64,000 nt of DNA from an uncultured Syntrophobacterales bacterium (GCA_964438895.1 CAYTMJ010000001.1:31746-95745), one strand, 5' to 3'; shown: positions 9,725 through 19,614, counted from the first letter of the stretch. Numbers and translations are program-made. The notes: a model not told the origin generated them from the sequence alone.

Positions 9725-10198
9725 ATGAAACACATTACTATATATACAGACGGGGCGTGCACCGGGAATCCTGGACCGGGAGGTTACGGCGCCGTCCTCC
9801 TCTACAACAACACCCGCAAAGAACTGAGCGGCGGGTACCGCAAGACCACAAACAACCGCATGGAAATCATGGCCGCACTAGCGGGCCTACGGTGCCTGAA
9901 GGAGCCATGTCGCGTCATTCTGTACAGCGATTCGCGGTACGTGGTGGATGCAATGTCAAAGGGATGGGCCGAGCGTTGGCGCGCAAAGGGATGGAAACGA
10001 AGCAACAAGGCGCACGCCCTAAACCCTGATCTTTGGGCTGAAATGTTGGAGCTGTCCGCCCGCCACCAGATAGAATACCGCTGGATCAAGGGCCACGCGG
10101 GAGATCCGGAGAACGAGCGCTGTGATGAGCTCGCAGTGACAGCCGCCCACGACACAAACCTAGGGCGTGATGAGGCCTATGAGACACGCACCGGCTGA
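9725..10198 (+). CDS. rnhA: Ribonuclease HI
   Basis: 157 aa. Motifs IYTDGACTGNPGPGGYG, NNRMEI and WIKGHAGDPENERCDELA. Confidence 0.9.
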   Translation: MKHITIYTDGACTGNPGPGGYGAVLLYNNTRKELSGGYRKTTNNRMEIMAALAGLRCLKEPCRVILYSDSRYVVDAMSKGWAERWRAKGWKRSNKAHALNPDLWAEMLELSARHQIEYRWIKGHAGDPENERCDELAVTAAHDTNLGRDEAYETRTG

Positions 10199-10254
10199 TC
10201 CAACACCGACACGCAAGAATACTGCCCCTATGAATCAACCGCCCCGATGGTAGA

Positions 10255-11310
10255 TTGGAGCCCATGAAAGTCGGACTCACGGGATTTTCCAGAGCAGGAA
10301 AGACCACTCTATACAACGCCGTTACCGGCCTCAGCGCCACCGTGGGCGGCTTCGAAAGTCGCCAAGAGGCGGCGCTAGCGGTAGTTAAGGTCCCAGACCC
10401 ACGCGTGGATGCGCTGAGCGAGATTGTCCATCCCAAGGAACGGAAATACGCGGAGATTACCTTCCTGGATTTCCCGCCGTCACAGGAGCGGGAGGCAGCT
10501 CTCGAGTCCAAGTCCTTGACGCAGATGCGGGAGGTAGATGCCCTAGCCCAAGTAGTGCGGGCATTCGACGACCCGCTAGCCAACGAGCCTCCCTCACCCT
10601 TACGAGATCTCAATGCTTTTCAAGTAGAGTTGATGCTCGCCGACCTCACGATCATCGAAAAACGCCTGGAGCGGATTCGCAAAGAAGCCGGACGAGAACG
10701 GGAAATCGACCTTCTAGCCCGTTGTCAGGCATCCCTGGAGGAGGAACGCCCTCTCCGGAGCCTCGAGTTCCTACCAGAGGAACGGGTCCTGCTTTCGGGC
10801 TTCACCTTCCTGAGCGCCAAACCCCTGCTGGTAGTGTACAATGCTGACGAGACAGCGTTACAGAAGCCGCTACCTGTGGCCGTCGCCGACTATGCGCAGG
10901 CGGAAAACTTCACCGTAATCCCCGTGTCTGGCAAGCTTGAAATGGAGATCGCGCAGCTCGACGCAGAAGAGCGCGCCGAGTTTCTGCTGGAATTGGGACT
11001 TTCCGAAACTGCCCGGGACCGCTTCATCCGACTCGCTTACAGCCACCTCCGTCTCATGAGCTTCTTTACAGCCGGCCCTACGGAGGTACGCGCCTGGACA
11101 ATACCCCGAGACACCGCAGCAGCCAACGCCGCTGGCAAGATCCACTCCGACATCGCACGCGGCTTCATCCGCGCCGAGGTCATCTCCTACGATGACTACA
11201 TCGAGCACCGTGGCGAACCCGGTTGCCGCTCCGCCGGTAGACTACGCCTCGAAGGCAAGGACTACCAGATACAGGATGGCGATGTCATACACATCCGGTT
11301 CAATGTGTGA
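10255..11310 (+). CDS. YchF/Ola1-like P-loop NTPase with C-terminal TGS domain (atypical P-loop)
   Basis: 351 aa. The G1 motif reads GFSRAGKTT. The C-terminus DYQIQDGDVIHIRFNV matches the YchF TGS end. Confidence 0.65.
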   Translation: MEPMKVGLTGFSRAGKTTLYNAVTGLSATVGGFESRQEAALAVVKVPDPRVDALSEIVHPKERKYAEITFLDFPPSQEREAALESKSLTQMREVDALAQVVRAFDDPLANEPPSPLRDLNAFQVELMLADLTIIEKRLERIRKEAGREREIDLLARCQASLEEERPLRSLEFLPEERVLLSGFTFLSAKPLLVVYNADETALQKPLPVAVADYAQAENFTVIPVSGKLEMEIAQLDAEERAEFLLELGLSETARDRFIRLAYSHLRLMSFFTAGPTEVRAWTIPRDTAAANAAGKIHSDIARGFIRAEVISYDDYIEHRGEPGCRSAGRLRLEGKDYQIQDGDVIHIRFNV

Positions 11311-11751
11311 GAAAGAAAGACACCAGTTGGTGCCCCTATAGTCACGACGTGACGGCACCAATGCCCCCCAACACCCCCCTGCATTGAGCCTTGGGGCTCT
11401 TGTCCAACTCACCACTGCGGCAACCGGGCGGTCAACGAAAATTGATGCGCTTCACCACCGCCTTCCCAGAAAAGGTACCTCGCCAGCCCTTTCGCAAGGT
11501 ACTTGGAGGCGTGAAGTAGCCGAGCTTGAACAGTGCGGGTGCATCGACACCGTAGACAAAACGCCGAAACCAGTCGAGGGGGAATAGAGGGGCACCCCTT
11601 GACCGGCGATGCAATGGCACGTGTGTCACCGACTACGGCAGGCTGTTTTCCTGGGTCAGATTCTGTTCTTGTGTTGTGTCCTGTATAAACAAGGTAGGGA
11701 CTACGCAAATCAGGAACGACACAAGCGGCTCGCTGTCTATCGAAAGGGTCC

Positions 11752-13158
11752 ATGCCGAAGTTTTCCGAGTCATTGTCGGTGTATTGGGAGCGGCGCATGG
11801 CCCGTATCCTCCTCCTCGGAGCGATCAGCGGCTTACCCTGGGTGCTAATCGGAAGCAGTCTCAACCTCTGGCTTAAAGAGGACGGTCTCAGCCGAACCAC
11901 CATCGGCTGGGCTGGCCTGATCTTCGCGGTCTACGCTTTTAACTTCCTATGGGCGCCACTTATCGACCGTATCCAGATTCCGTGGCTAACCAACCGCCTC
12001 GGGCACCGGCGCGCCTGGATCATGGTGATGCAAGCGGTAATCGTCACATGCCTCGGGCTGTGGAGCATTGTGGACCCTGTCGCCAATCTCGCTGCGGTAG
12101 TGGGCGTCGGCTTGGCGATCGCCATCGCCTCCGCCACCCAAGACATCGCTGTTGACGCACTCCGGATCGAGCAAATAGGTCCGACCGAAGATGAGTCCAT
12201 GGCAGCGGGTGCGGCTACCGCAGTGGTCGGTTGGTGGACAGGATATAAGCTCGGCGGCGTCATTGCGTTGGAAACCGCCACCGCCTTTCAAGACGCCGGC
12301 ATTGAGAACTATTGGCAGGCTACCTTTCTCGTCCTCGGGGTCGTCGTCATCCTCACCAACGTCTGCCTGTTGTTCGTGCATGAACAGGGGACTGCGGAAC
12401 GCATCGCTTCTCAGGCTGCAGAGGAGAGACGGCTCGCCTCCCATCTCGGGAATCCCGGACGATTGAACCACGCTATCGCGTGGTTTGGCGGCACTGTGGT
12501 GAGCCCCTTAATGAGCTTCTTCCGGCGAAATGGTTTTGCCATTGCCCTAACCGTGCTCGGCTTCATTTTCCTGTTTAAGATCGGGGAGGCCTTCATGGGA
12601 CGCATGTCGTTACTCTTCTACAGGGAGATTGGCTTTTCGAAATCAGAGATCGCCCTCTACTCCAAAGGGCTCGGGTGGGTCACAACCGTCGCCTTCACCT
12701 TGTTGGGAGGGTTCTTCGCCATCCGGATGGGACTCGTGTGGGCCATGTTCCTGTCCGGCATCGCCATGGCTGCAACCAACCTCCTGTTTGCCGTCCTTTC
12801 GTGGGTAGGCAAGTCCGAAGCTCTGTTCGCCACCGCGGTAGTCGTAGACGACCTCACCAGCGCCTTCGCCACCGTCACCTTCGTTGCCTTCATCTCCATG
12901 CTCGTAGACCGCACATACACTGCCACCCAGTACGCACTTCTAGCCTCCATCGGCACGGCGGGACGAACCCTCTTCGCCGCTTCCTCCGGTGCCCTCGTGG
13001 ACTGGCTCGAGGGTGATTGGGCCACTTTCTTCGTACTCACAACGCTAATGGTGATCCCTTCCCTAATATGCCTCTGGGCCATCCGCAAAAAGCTTCGGAA
13101 CATACTGGGTGGCTCGCAGGTTCGTCTGCTGGGCCGGCACGTTAAAGGAGCAACGTAA
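11752..13158 (+). CDS. ampG: MFS transporter, AmpG (muropeptide permease) family
   Basis: 468 aa with multiple TM segments. The AmpG-type N-terminal block LGxxSGLPWxL...FLWAPLIDR is present. Confidence 0.7.
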   Translation: MPKFSESLSVYWERRMARILLLGAISGLPWVLIGSSLNLWLKEDGLSRTTIGWAGLIFAVYAFNFLWAPLIDRIQIPWLTNRLGHRRAWIMVMQAVIVTCLGLWSIVDPVANLAAVVGVGLAIAIASATQDIAVDALRIEQIGPTEDESMAAGAATAVVGWWTGYKLGGVIALETATAFQDAGIENYWQATFLVLGVVVILTNVCLLFVHEQGTAERIASQAAEERRLASHLGNPGRLNHAIAWFGGTVVSPLMSFFRRNGFAIALTVLGFIFLFKIGEAFMGRMSLLFYREIGFSKSEIALYSKGLGWVTTVAFTLLGGFFAIRMGLVWAMFLSGIAMAATNLLFAVLSWVGKSEALFATAVVVDDLTSAFATVTFVAFISMLVDRTYTATQYALLASIGTAGRTLFAASSGALVDWLEGDWATFFVLTTLMVIPSLICLWAIRKKLRNILGGSQVRLLGRHVKGAT

Positions 13159-13315
13159 ACCTAGCATTTCTTTCGAAGCCTGGAACGATCACAACGCACC
13201 TCTAGTTGGAAAAGACGACTTTCGCGGTAGCAACCAAACGATTTGTTGGTACGGAAATGATGGATTTCGTAGAAGCCAACTTGGGACTGATATACGTGAA
13301 GAAACTCTCTTCGGT

Positions 13316-13408
13316 TGGCGGAGGGGGCGAGATTCGAACTCGCGGTCCACGTGTTAGGTGGACGCCGATTTTCAAGACCGGTGCCTTAAACCACTCGGCC
13401 ACCCCTCC
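13316..13408 (-). tRNA. tRNA-Ser (anticodon UGA), CCA encoded
   Basis: Hand-folded. Acceptor stem GGAGGGG/CCCCTCC, 3-bp D-stem, anticodon stem-loop CCGGT-CTTGAAA-ATCGG, long variable arm GTCCAC..GTGGAC, T-arm GCGAG-TTCGAAT-CTCGC, discriminator G, then CCA. Confidence 0.85.
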
Positions 13409-13438
13409 GTGTACGATAAGAACCGGCGCACCCCAGCA

Positions 13439-13918
13439 TCAAGCGCGCTTGCTGGAATTGTGCCAGCTGGAGAAGGGATTTGCCACAAGATTAGCGTTGA
13501 AGAAACGACGGTCGTGGGTAACCTCTTCACCCACCCACGCAGGCTTAGCCAACGGGCGGTCCTCGCGATCAAGCTCGACCTCAGCAATCACGAGACCCTG
13601 GTTGTCACCTAGGAACTCGTCCACTTCCCAAACGAGGTGGTTGTGCTCCAGGCGACGGCGCATCTTCTCGATAAGGGGCAGTTCGCAAAGCCTCAATAGC
13701 TCGGCAGCGTCCTCAGGTGGAATTTCATACTCGTACTCAGCGCGAGCAGCACCGCGAGTGATACCCTTGATGGTGAGGGTAGCCTTGTCTCCCTCGATGC
13801 GCACGCGCACGGTTCTTTCCGGGTGCGTGCTGAGATAGCCCTGGCGAAGGACAACCCCCCCGCCACTGCGCCATTCGTCTCCGATGACCAGGAATTTACG
13901 CTCGACCTCCAATGCCAT
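13439..13918 (-). CDS. CYTH-domain protein (triphosphate tunnel metalloenzyme / CyaB-like)
   Basis: 159 aa. The N-terminal EVERKFLV (ExExK) CYTH signature is present. Confidence 0.75.
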   Translation of the reverse strand: MALEVERKFLVIGDEWRSGGGVVLRQGYLSTHPERTVRVRIEGDKATLTIKGITRGAARAEYEYEIPPEDAAELLRLCELPLIEKMRRRLEHNHLVWEVDEFLGDNQGLVIAEVELDREDRPLAKPAWVGEEVTHDRRFFNANLVANPFSSWHNSSKRA

Positions 13919-14033
13919 AGGATCCTCACTCGTACTACACCACCAACGTCATCGGGGTCAGGGAAGAAGAGGGACGAAACGGTCCGGCCTGAGCCGACCA
14001 CAGCCGGAGTCCTGGGTACGGAGAACTACCGAC

Positions 14034-15032
14034 TCAATATGTATCGAACATCCGTTGAATCGTATCCGGATCATCAGTCACACCCAGGGCCAAGGCCAAC
14101 AAAACGCGAGCCTTCCAGGGCTGGAGGTTGTCGCCGGCTACAAACCCCCTCCGGAGAAGTGATGGGCTTCGCACCACCCGACCGGAACCAACTCTGCTAC
14201 AGAGACACATCATCACGCCCTTTTCCCCAGCACGGTCAAAGGCCTCATCCTGCGCCGGAGTCGGCCGGCCCGCTCCAGTAGCAGCGCAAACGACACCTTT
14301 TGCCCCCGCCGCCACGCTGGCTTCAATCATCGCACCGTCGGCTCCCGCGTGAGAAAGAACCACGTCTACCCGTGGTAACGACTTCACTCCCGCGACGTCA
14401 AACTCCGTCTCTGTGGTATGTTTCTTTGTGGAACGGTGGTAGTAGCACACGCGGCTGTCCGCGTCCGCAAAACCCAAGGGGCCCAGATCCCGCCCCTGAA
14501 ACGCCTCCACCCGATACGTCGCTGTCTTGGTCAAATCGCGAGCGCCATATATCCGATCATTCATGACCACAAGCACGCCCTGTCCTCGGGACTCCGGGTC
14601 CGCCGCCACACGCACAGCATTAACCAGATTGAGGTAACCGTCCGCGCTAAGCGCCGAAGCCGGGCGCATGGAGCCTACCAACACCACTGGCTTGTCCGTC
14701 TTGAGAACCAAATTTAGGAAATAAGCCGTCTCCTCGAGCGTGTTTGTCCCATGAGTAATCACCACGCCGTCCGCGCCGTCAGTCTCGACAATTCCGTGTA
14801 TCAACTCCACCATGTCCAGCCAGTCCTGATCCACTAAGGCGTGGCTCGGTAGCCGACGAAATGGAACTTCCTCCACAGCCGCGATCTCACCGAGTTCAGG
14901 GAGAGAGCCCACGAGCTGTCCCTCCTCGAGCCGCTTGCCGGTCTCAATGTACCAGGCGAGATCAAGACGATCGGCCCCAACGGAGTCGATGGTACCGCCG
15001 GTAAAGATCAGAGCAACTTTGGGAACAGCCAT
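14034..15032 (-). CDS. L-asparaginase (AnsA/AnsB family)
   Basis: 332 aa. Motifs FTGGTID and VITHGTNTLEETA, and the overall family profile. Confidence 0.85.
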   Translation of the reverse strand: MAVPKVALIFTGGTIDSVGADRLDLAWYIETGKRLEEGQLVGSLPELGEIAAVEEVPFRRLPSHALVDQDWLDMVELIHGIVETDGADGVVITHGTNTLEETAYFLNLVLKTDKPVVLVGSMRPASALSADGYLNLVNAVRVAADPESRGQGVLVVMNDRIYGARDLTKTATYRVEAFQGRDLGPLGFADADSRVCYYHRSTKKHTTETEFDVAGVKSLPRVDVVLSHAGADGAMIEASVAAGAKGVVCAATGAGRPTPAQDEAFDRAGEKGVMMCLCSRVGSGRVVRSPSLLRRGFVAGDNLQPWKARVLLALALGVTDDPDTIQRMFDTY

Positions 15033-15211
15033 ATCAACCCTCCATGGGGAAAGCGCCCAGAGACACTTTATAATTCAAAGGAATGTACACTTGAGACTTC
15101 CCTCCCGAAACCGTTTGAATGCCAACACACCAAACGGTCCGTTCGGCACTAGCTACCATACGAAAGGGGCACTCTAGCAACTGCAGGGCCGCGTGTACAG
15201 CGCGAACTCTC

Positions 15212-15256
15212 ATCACGACCCCGTGGACAGGGCCCAAGCCGCAACTAGGTCGTGAT
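15212..15256. repeat. 9-bp perfect inverted repeat (ATCACGACC ... GGTCGTGAT) with a 27-nt spacer, about 65 nt upstream of ubiD-like start
   Basis: Read directly from the sequence in the divergent intergenic region 15033-15322. Confidence 0.4.
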
Positions 15257-15322
15257 CGCCGGTGTCGTGCCCTTACCCGTCGGGCCGTTGCCTATCCCTC
15301 GTCGTAACAGTATGCTGAACCC

Positions 15323-16768
15323 ATGCCTAAATCTTTAAGTAGCTTTTTGGAAGACTGCCAGCGTGAGATTCCCGCGGAGGTAGTACATGTAGAGCCAGAG
15401 GTCGATCCAGCGCACTACGACGTCAGCGCTATAATCAAGCATCTGGGAGCCGCCCGAAAGTTTCCGCTACTCGTCTTCGACCGACCACGCAATCTTCATG
15501 GCCGTATCAGCGATTTCAAGCTAGTGATGAACTTCGCCATTTCCCAGCGAAAGTCCCAAATCGCCCTGGGTCTCCCGAAGGAAATGGGCCGGGCACAAAT
15601 GGCGGAAGCCTGCGTAGACATCGAGCGGAACCACGTTGCACCGGTGGTGGTCGAGAACCATGAGGCGCCGGTAATGGAGAACGTAAAGAGTGGCGATGCC
15701 GTAGACCTCTACGAGTTGCCCATCATGCGGCACCACTACATGGACGGCGGCCCCTACATCACCCTGTGTACTATTGCCAAGGATCGCCGACAGGGGATCT
15801 ACAACGCCTCCTATCATCGCATGGAGATCAAGTCGAAAAATACTACCACTCACTACCACTCACAACACCACCAATGGCTCATCTTCCGAGACTACGAGGA
15901 CCAGGGGCTCGAGTGCCCCGTGGCCACCGTGCTGGGGCATCACCCAGCGTTCTACATGGGAGCCTGTTACACCGGTCCGTTTGAGGTAAGCGAATACGAC
16001 GTCATGGGCGCGTACCTTCAAGAACCGTTGCGGGTAACGCCCTCCACAACCTGGGGTAATGAACTGCTGATTCCAGCGGATGCGGAGATTGTCATCGAGG
16101 GTGCATTAATCCCCAACAAGCGCATGGTCGACGGACCATTTGGAGAGGCCCCCGGTTATCTCGGCCCTCAGCGTTTCTTCTCCGCCTGTCGCTACGAGGT
16201 ACGGGCCATTAACTACCGCCACAATGCTATGTATCAGTCGGTAATAACCCCCGAAGGGGACAAACCTTGGCTAGATCTGCCCAGGGAAGGTGCCTACCTA
16301 CGACGCATCCGTGAAGCCGTCCCCGGAGTCACCGCAGTATGCAAAGCCGGGCGTCACGCGCACTACAACATCTTCATCGCCATGAAGAAGATGTCTGAGG
16401 GAGACCCCGGACGAGCTGCTGCCGCCGCACTCACTGAACTCCACGCAAAGCATATCTTCGTCTTCGATGACGATATCGACGTCTACAACCCCACGGAGAT
16501 CCTGTGGGCCGTCGCCACTCGTGTACAACCCCACCGACAGGTGTCAATAATGCAGCCCACCTTCACCGGCAACTACCTGGACCCCACGGTAGTGGATGAA
16601 ACCAAGACCTCTGTAATGATCGTAGACGCCACCCGGCCGCTGGACCGGCCCTTTTCACCAGTGTCCAAGGTCCCAGACGAGGCCATGGCCCGTATCAAGG
16701 TGGACGACTACATCCCCGGCGAGGTGTTGCAACACATTCCGGTGGACCGCACCACTTACTGGTCCTGA
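15323..16768 (+). CDS. UbiD-family (prFMN-dependent) reversible decarboxylase
   Basis: 481 aa with the UbiD fold pattern. A His-rich low-complexity insert (TTTHYHSQHHQ) is encoded by a short tandem cactaccact repeat near 15843-15876. Confidence 0.8.
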   Translation: MPKSLSSFLEDCQREIPAEVVHVEPEVDPAHYDVSAIIKHLGAARKFPLLVFDRPRNLHGRISDFKLVMNFAISQRKSQIALGLPKEMGRAQMAEACVDIERNHVAPVVVENHEAPVMENVKSGDAVDLYELPIMRHHYMDGGPYITLCTIAKDRRQGIYNASYHRMEIKSKNTTTHYHSQHHQWLIFRDYEDQGLECPVATVLGHHPAFYMGACYTGPFEVSEYDVMGAYLQEPLRVTPSTTWGNELLIPADAEIVIEGALIPNKRMVDGPFGEAPGYLGPQRFFSACRYEVRAINYRHNAMYQSVITPEGDKPWLDLPREGAYLRRIREAVPGVTAVCKAGRHAHYNIFIAMKKMSEGDPGRAAAAALTELHAKHIFVFDDDIDVYNPTEILWAVATRVQPHRQVSIMQPTFTGNYLDPTVVDETKTSVMIVDATRPLDRPFSPVSKVPDEAMARIKVDDYIPGEVLQHIPVDRTTYWS

Positions 16769-16823
16769 ATCGCTCCGGACAGGCGACGCTCCCTAACTTT
16801 TCAATCACACGACCGAGGAACCG

Positions 16824-19571
16824 ATGAACGAAATTGAGATTCGATTCGAGCTGAACGGACAGCCACACCACGCCAGCGTGGCACCTGAGTTACTGCTGGC
16901 CGATTTTCTACGGCACTCCCTGGACCTCAAGGGCACAAAAACAAGCTGCGAAGTCGAGGTTTGTGGAGCTTGCACCGTACTTCTGGACGGCCGCCCGGTG
17001 AGTGCCTGCGCAACCCTCACCCATGAAATTAACGGCCGCTCCCTGGTTACTATCGAAGGCCTGGGCGACGAAACCACGCTACACGCCGTGCAGGAAGCAT
17101 TTTGGGAGGAGGGCGGGTTCGAATGTGGCTTCTGTACCCCAGGCATGATCCTCACAGCTTGCGCTCTGCTTGACGAGAACCCGGATCCCACAGAAGAAGA
17201 AATCAAAGTCGCCCTCGACGGCAACATCTGCCGTTGCACTGGCTACCTTTCCATCATCCGGTCGGTGAAAAGAGCGACAAGCCTGCTGCGAAGTCCGAAC
17301 ACCCCAGACTCGCGACCGCTGGATGCGCGCCGCCTCGATGGCATGGCCAAGGTCCGAGGAGAACCCGTGTATACTGCCGATCTAACGCATCCGGGAATGC
17401 TCTATGGGCGTGTCTTGCGCAGTCCCCACGCCCACGCCCGCATTCTCAGCATCGACACCACGGCAGCCGAAGCTCATGACGGCGTAATCACGGTGCTCAC
17501 TGCCGCGGACCTTCTGGACATCTCAGCCTACTACGGTCCGCTGGTAAAGGATATTCCTGTGCTGGCTGTAGACAAAGTACGTTACGAGGGCGACCCCGTG
17601 GCGGCGGTAGCTGCCGAAACGTTGGAAGCGGCCACCGCAGCCCTTGCCCTGATCCACGTGGACTACGAGCCTTTGCCCACTCTACCGGACATCAACTCGG
17701 CATTACATCCGGATGCCGCACCCCTTCACGAGTTCGTGAGTGAGCACGGCACAAACTTCCCCGGATATCCCGATGTCGACGATGAGGCCAAAAAGTACGC
17801 CAATGTGAGTTTTCACTACGAGCGCAGCAAGGGCGACGTTGACGATGGTTTTGCCGCTTCGAAGTGGGTTTTCGAGCACACTTTCGAGTTTCCCAAAATC
17901 GCGCACTTTTCTATGGAGCCACAACTCGCTGTGGCTGACTGGCAAGCGGATCAATTCACGGTTTGGTCCTCCACTCAGCACCCCTTCATCATCCGTCAGG
18001 AATTGGCGGAGATGTTCGAGGTACCACCGGAACGAGTGCGAGTGATTGTACCCTTGGTGGGCGGCACCTATGGCAACAAAAACCACACCAAACTCGAACC
18101 ACTAGCGGTGGCGCTGGCCCGAAAAGCCGGACGGCGGGTGTTTCTACACTTATCGATGGAAGAGGAGGCCCGGACGGTGAGCAAGCCAGCCGTCCGCATT
18201 CGCCTGCGCACCGGAGTAGACTCGGACGGCCGACTTACGGCGCGGGACTGCCTTGTGCACGTAGATGGTGGCGCCTACTCGGATTCGGGTCCTCGCGTCA
18301 CCCAGAAAATAGGTTACCGGGCGCCCGGGCCCTACCGGATCCCGCACCTACGTTCCCATGCCTACACCGTGTACACCAACACCGTGCCAGCCGGAGCATT
18401 CCGCGGCATGGGAACACCGCAGGTGGTATGGGCTTACGAGTCACAGATGGACATGATCGCCCTGGAGATGAATTGGGACCCAGTGGAATTCCGGCTCAAA
18501 AACCTCCTCGACAAGGGCGAAGAGTTCGCCCCTGGAGAGACGCCCTTGGACTGCGACCTCAAGGAAGGCCTTCTACGCGCCGCGAAGGAGATCGGTTGGG
18601 GTGAGGAGCAGCTTGAGCCGGACTGCGGTATCGGTTTCAGTTGCGGCTGCAAGGACGGCGGCGGCAACTATAAGATTTCGTGTGCGCGGGTGGAGATAGA
18701 TGATGGTGGCGCAATTACCCTACACGAAGGTACGGTAGAGATCGGACAGGGCTCAAACACCGCCCTTGCACGTATCGCGGCGCAGGAACTCGGCGTACCC
18801 CCCACAACGATCCACGTAGCACCTCTAGACACGGACTCGACGCCCTTCGACATGGGGACATATGCCAGTAGCGCCACCACCATCATGGGGCTGGCGGTAC
18901 AGAAGGCGGCGCAACGCGTACGGGATCAACTGATCGACGCAGCGCGTTCACTAGGCAAGAACCCCGACTCCACCGCCACACTCGCGAACGGCGAGGTACA
19001 CCTCGGAGAGATTGCATTCCCCTTCCCGGAACTGGTGCGGCACGTCAAAGGGAAGGGGGGAATTCTGACGGGTGAGGGCCGACAGGAGAGCGAACTCGAC
19101 CCGAACGCGCCCCTTGGAGCCCGGGCGCCATTTTGGGAAGTGGGGTGGGGAGCCGTCAAGGTCCACGTGGACCGGGACACGGGTGAAGTTCGCGTGCTCA
19201 AATATGTCGCGATCGCTGATGCGGGAAAGGCCATCAATCCTCAACAATGTCACACTCAAGAACAGGGTGCGTTCCTGCAGGGACTTGGGCAAGCGCTGTT
19301 CGAGGAAACCGTGTACGAGAACGGCCTAATGCTGACTCCGGATGCCCTCACCTACCGGCTACCAAAGATCTCCGACCTACCTGACAAGCTTGTAAACATC
19401 ATCTTCGAGAACGGAAACGGCGCCGGACCCTACGGTGCAAAGGGGCTCGGAGAGAGCGGCATCCTCACTGTCCCATCGGCCGTCGCCAACGCGGTGGCCC
19501 ATGCTGTCGGCGTACGCATCACCAACCTACCGTTGACCGGCGAAAAGATCTGGCACGCGCTGAACAAGTAA
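16824..19571 (+). CDS. Molybdopterin aldehyde oxidoreductase, fused 2x[2Fe-2S] + Moco domains, no FAD domain (D. gigas MOP-like; xanthine dehydrogenase family)
   Basis: 915 aa. The N-terminus carries two 2Fe-2S sites: C-x4-C-x2-C and CGFCTPG...CRCTGY. These are followed by the a/b-hammerhead and MoCo-binding domains of the XDH/CoxL family. Confidence 0.85.
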   Translation: MNEIEIRFELNGQPHHASVAPELLLADFLRHSLDLKGTKTSCEVEVCGACTVLLDGRPVSACATLTHEINGRSLVTIEGLGDETTLHAVQEAFWEEGGFECGFCTPGMILTACALLDENPDPTEEEIKVALDGNICRCTGYLSIIRSVKRATSLLRSPNTPDSRPLDARRLDGMAKVRGEPVYTADLTHPGMLYGRVLRSPHAHARILSIDTTAAEAHDGVITVLTAADLLDISAYYGPLVKDIPVLAVDKVRYEGDPVAAVAAETLEAATAALALIHVDYEPLPTLPDINSALHPDAAPLHEFVSEHGTNFPGYPDVDDEAKKYANVSFHYERSKGDVDDGFAASKWVFEHTFEFPKIAHFSMEPQLAVADWQADQFTVWSSTQHPFIIRQELAEMFEVPPERVRVIVPLVGGTYGNKNHTKLEPLAVALARKAGRRVFLHLSMEEEARTVSKPAVRIRLRTGVDSDGRLTARDCLVHVDGGAYSDSGPRVTQKIGYRAPGPYRIPHLRSHAYTVYTNTVPAGAFRGMGTPQVVWAYESQMDMIALEMNWDPVEFRLKNLLDKGEEFAPGETPLDCDLKEGLLRAAKEIGWGEEQLEPDCGIGFSCGCKDGGGNYKISCARVEIDDGGAITLHEGTVEIGQGSNTALARIAAQELGVPPTTIHVAPLDTDSTPFDMGTYASSATTIMGLAVQKAAQRVRDQLIDAARSLGKNPDSTATLANGEVHLGEIAFPFPELVRHVKGKGGILTGEGRQESELDPNAPLGARAPFWEVGWGAVKVHVDRDTGEVRVLKYVAIADAGKAINPQQCHTQEQGAFLQGLGQALFEETVYENGLMLTPDALTYRLPKISDLPDKLVNIIFENGNGAGPYGAKGLGESGILTVPSAVANAVAHAVGVRITNLPLTGEKIWHALNK

Positions 19572-19614
19572 CTACGTTTCCGAAGGAACCCAACGTCGCA
19601 CTCGTCGAGGTAAC

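Noticed and set aside
11311-11751. Small protein or ncRNA in the 440-bp gap before ampG (for example ORF 11384-11587)
   Set aside because: The ORF translations are low-complexity with no motifs. A short AGGG/CCCT hairpin near 11590 is not followed by a U-run. The region is kept as a possible promoter/leader without a specific call.
13316-13408. tRNA-Ser as an integration site for a genomic island
   Set aside because: No integrase, recombinase, direct repeat of the tRNA 3' end or phage/transposon genes occur on either side. The neighbours are the AmpG, CYTH and asparaginase housekeeping-type genes.
13206-14281. Long plus-strand ORFs (210 aa and 152 aa) overlapping the tRNA-Ser and the CYTH gene
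   Set aside because: They overlap a well-supported tRNA and a CDS with a clear family signature on the other strand, and their translations have no recognisable motifs. They are typical spurious ORFs of high-GC DNA. The same applies to 17963-18604, 22509-23159, 23892-24983, 51593-52429 and 59004-59877.
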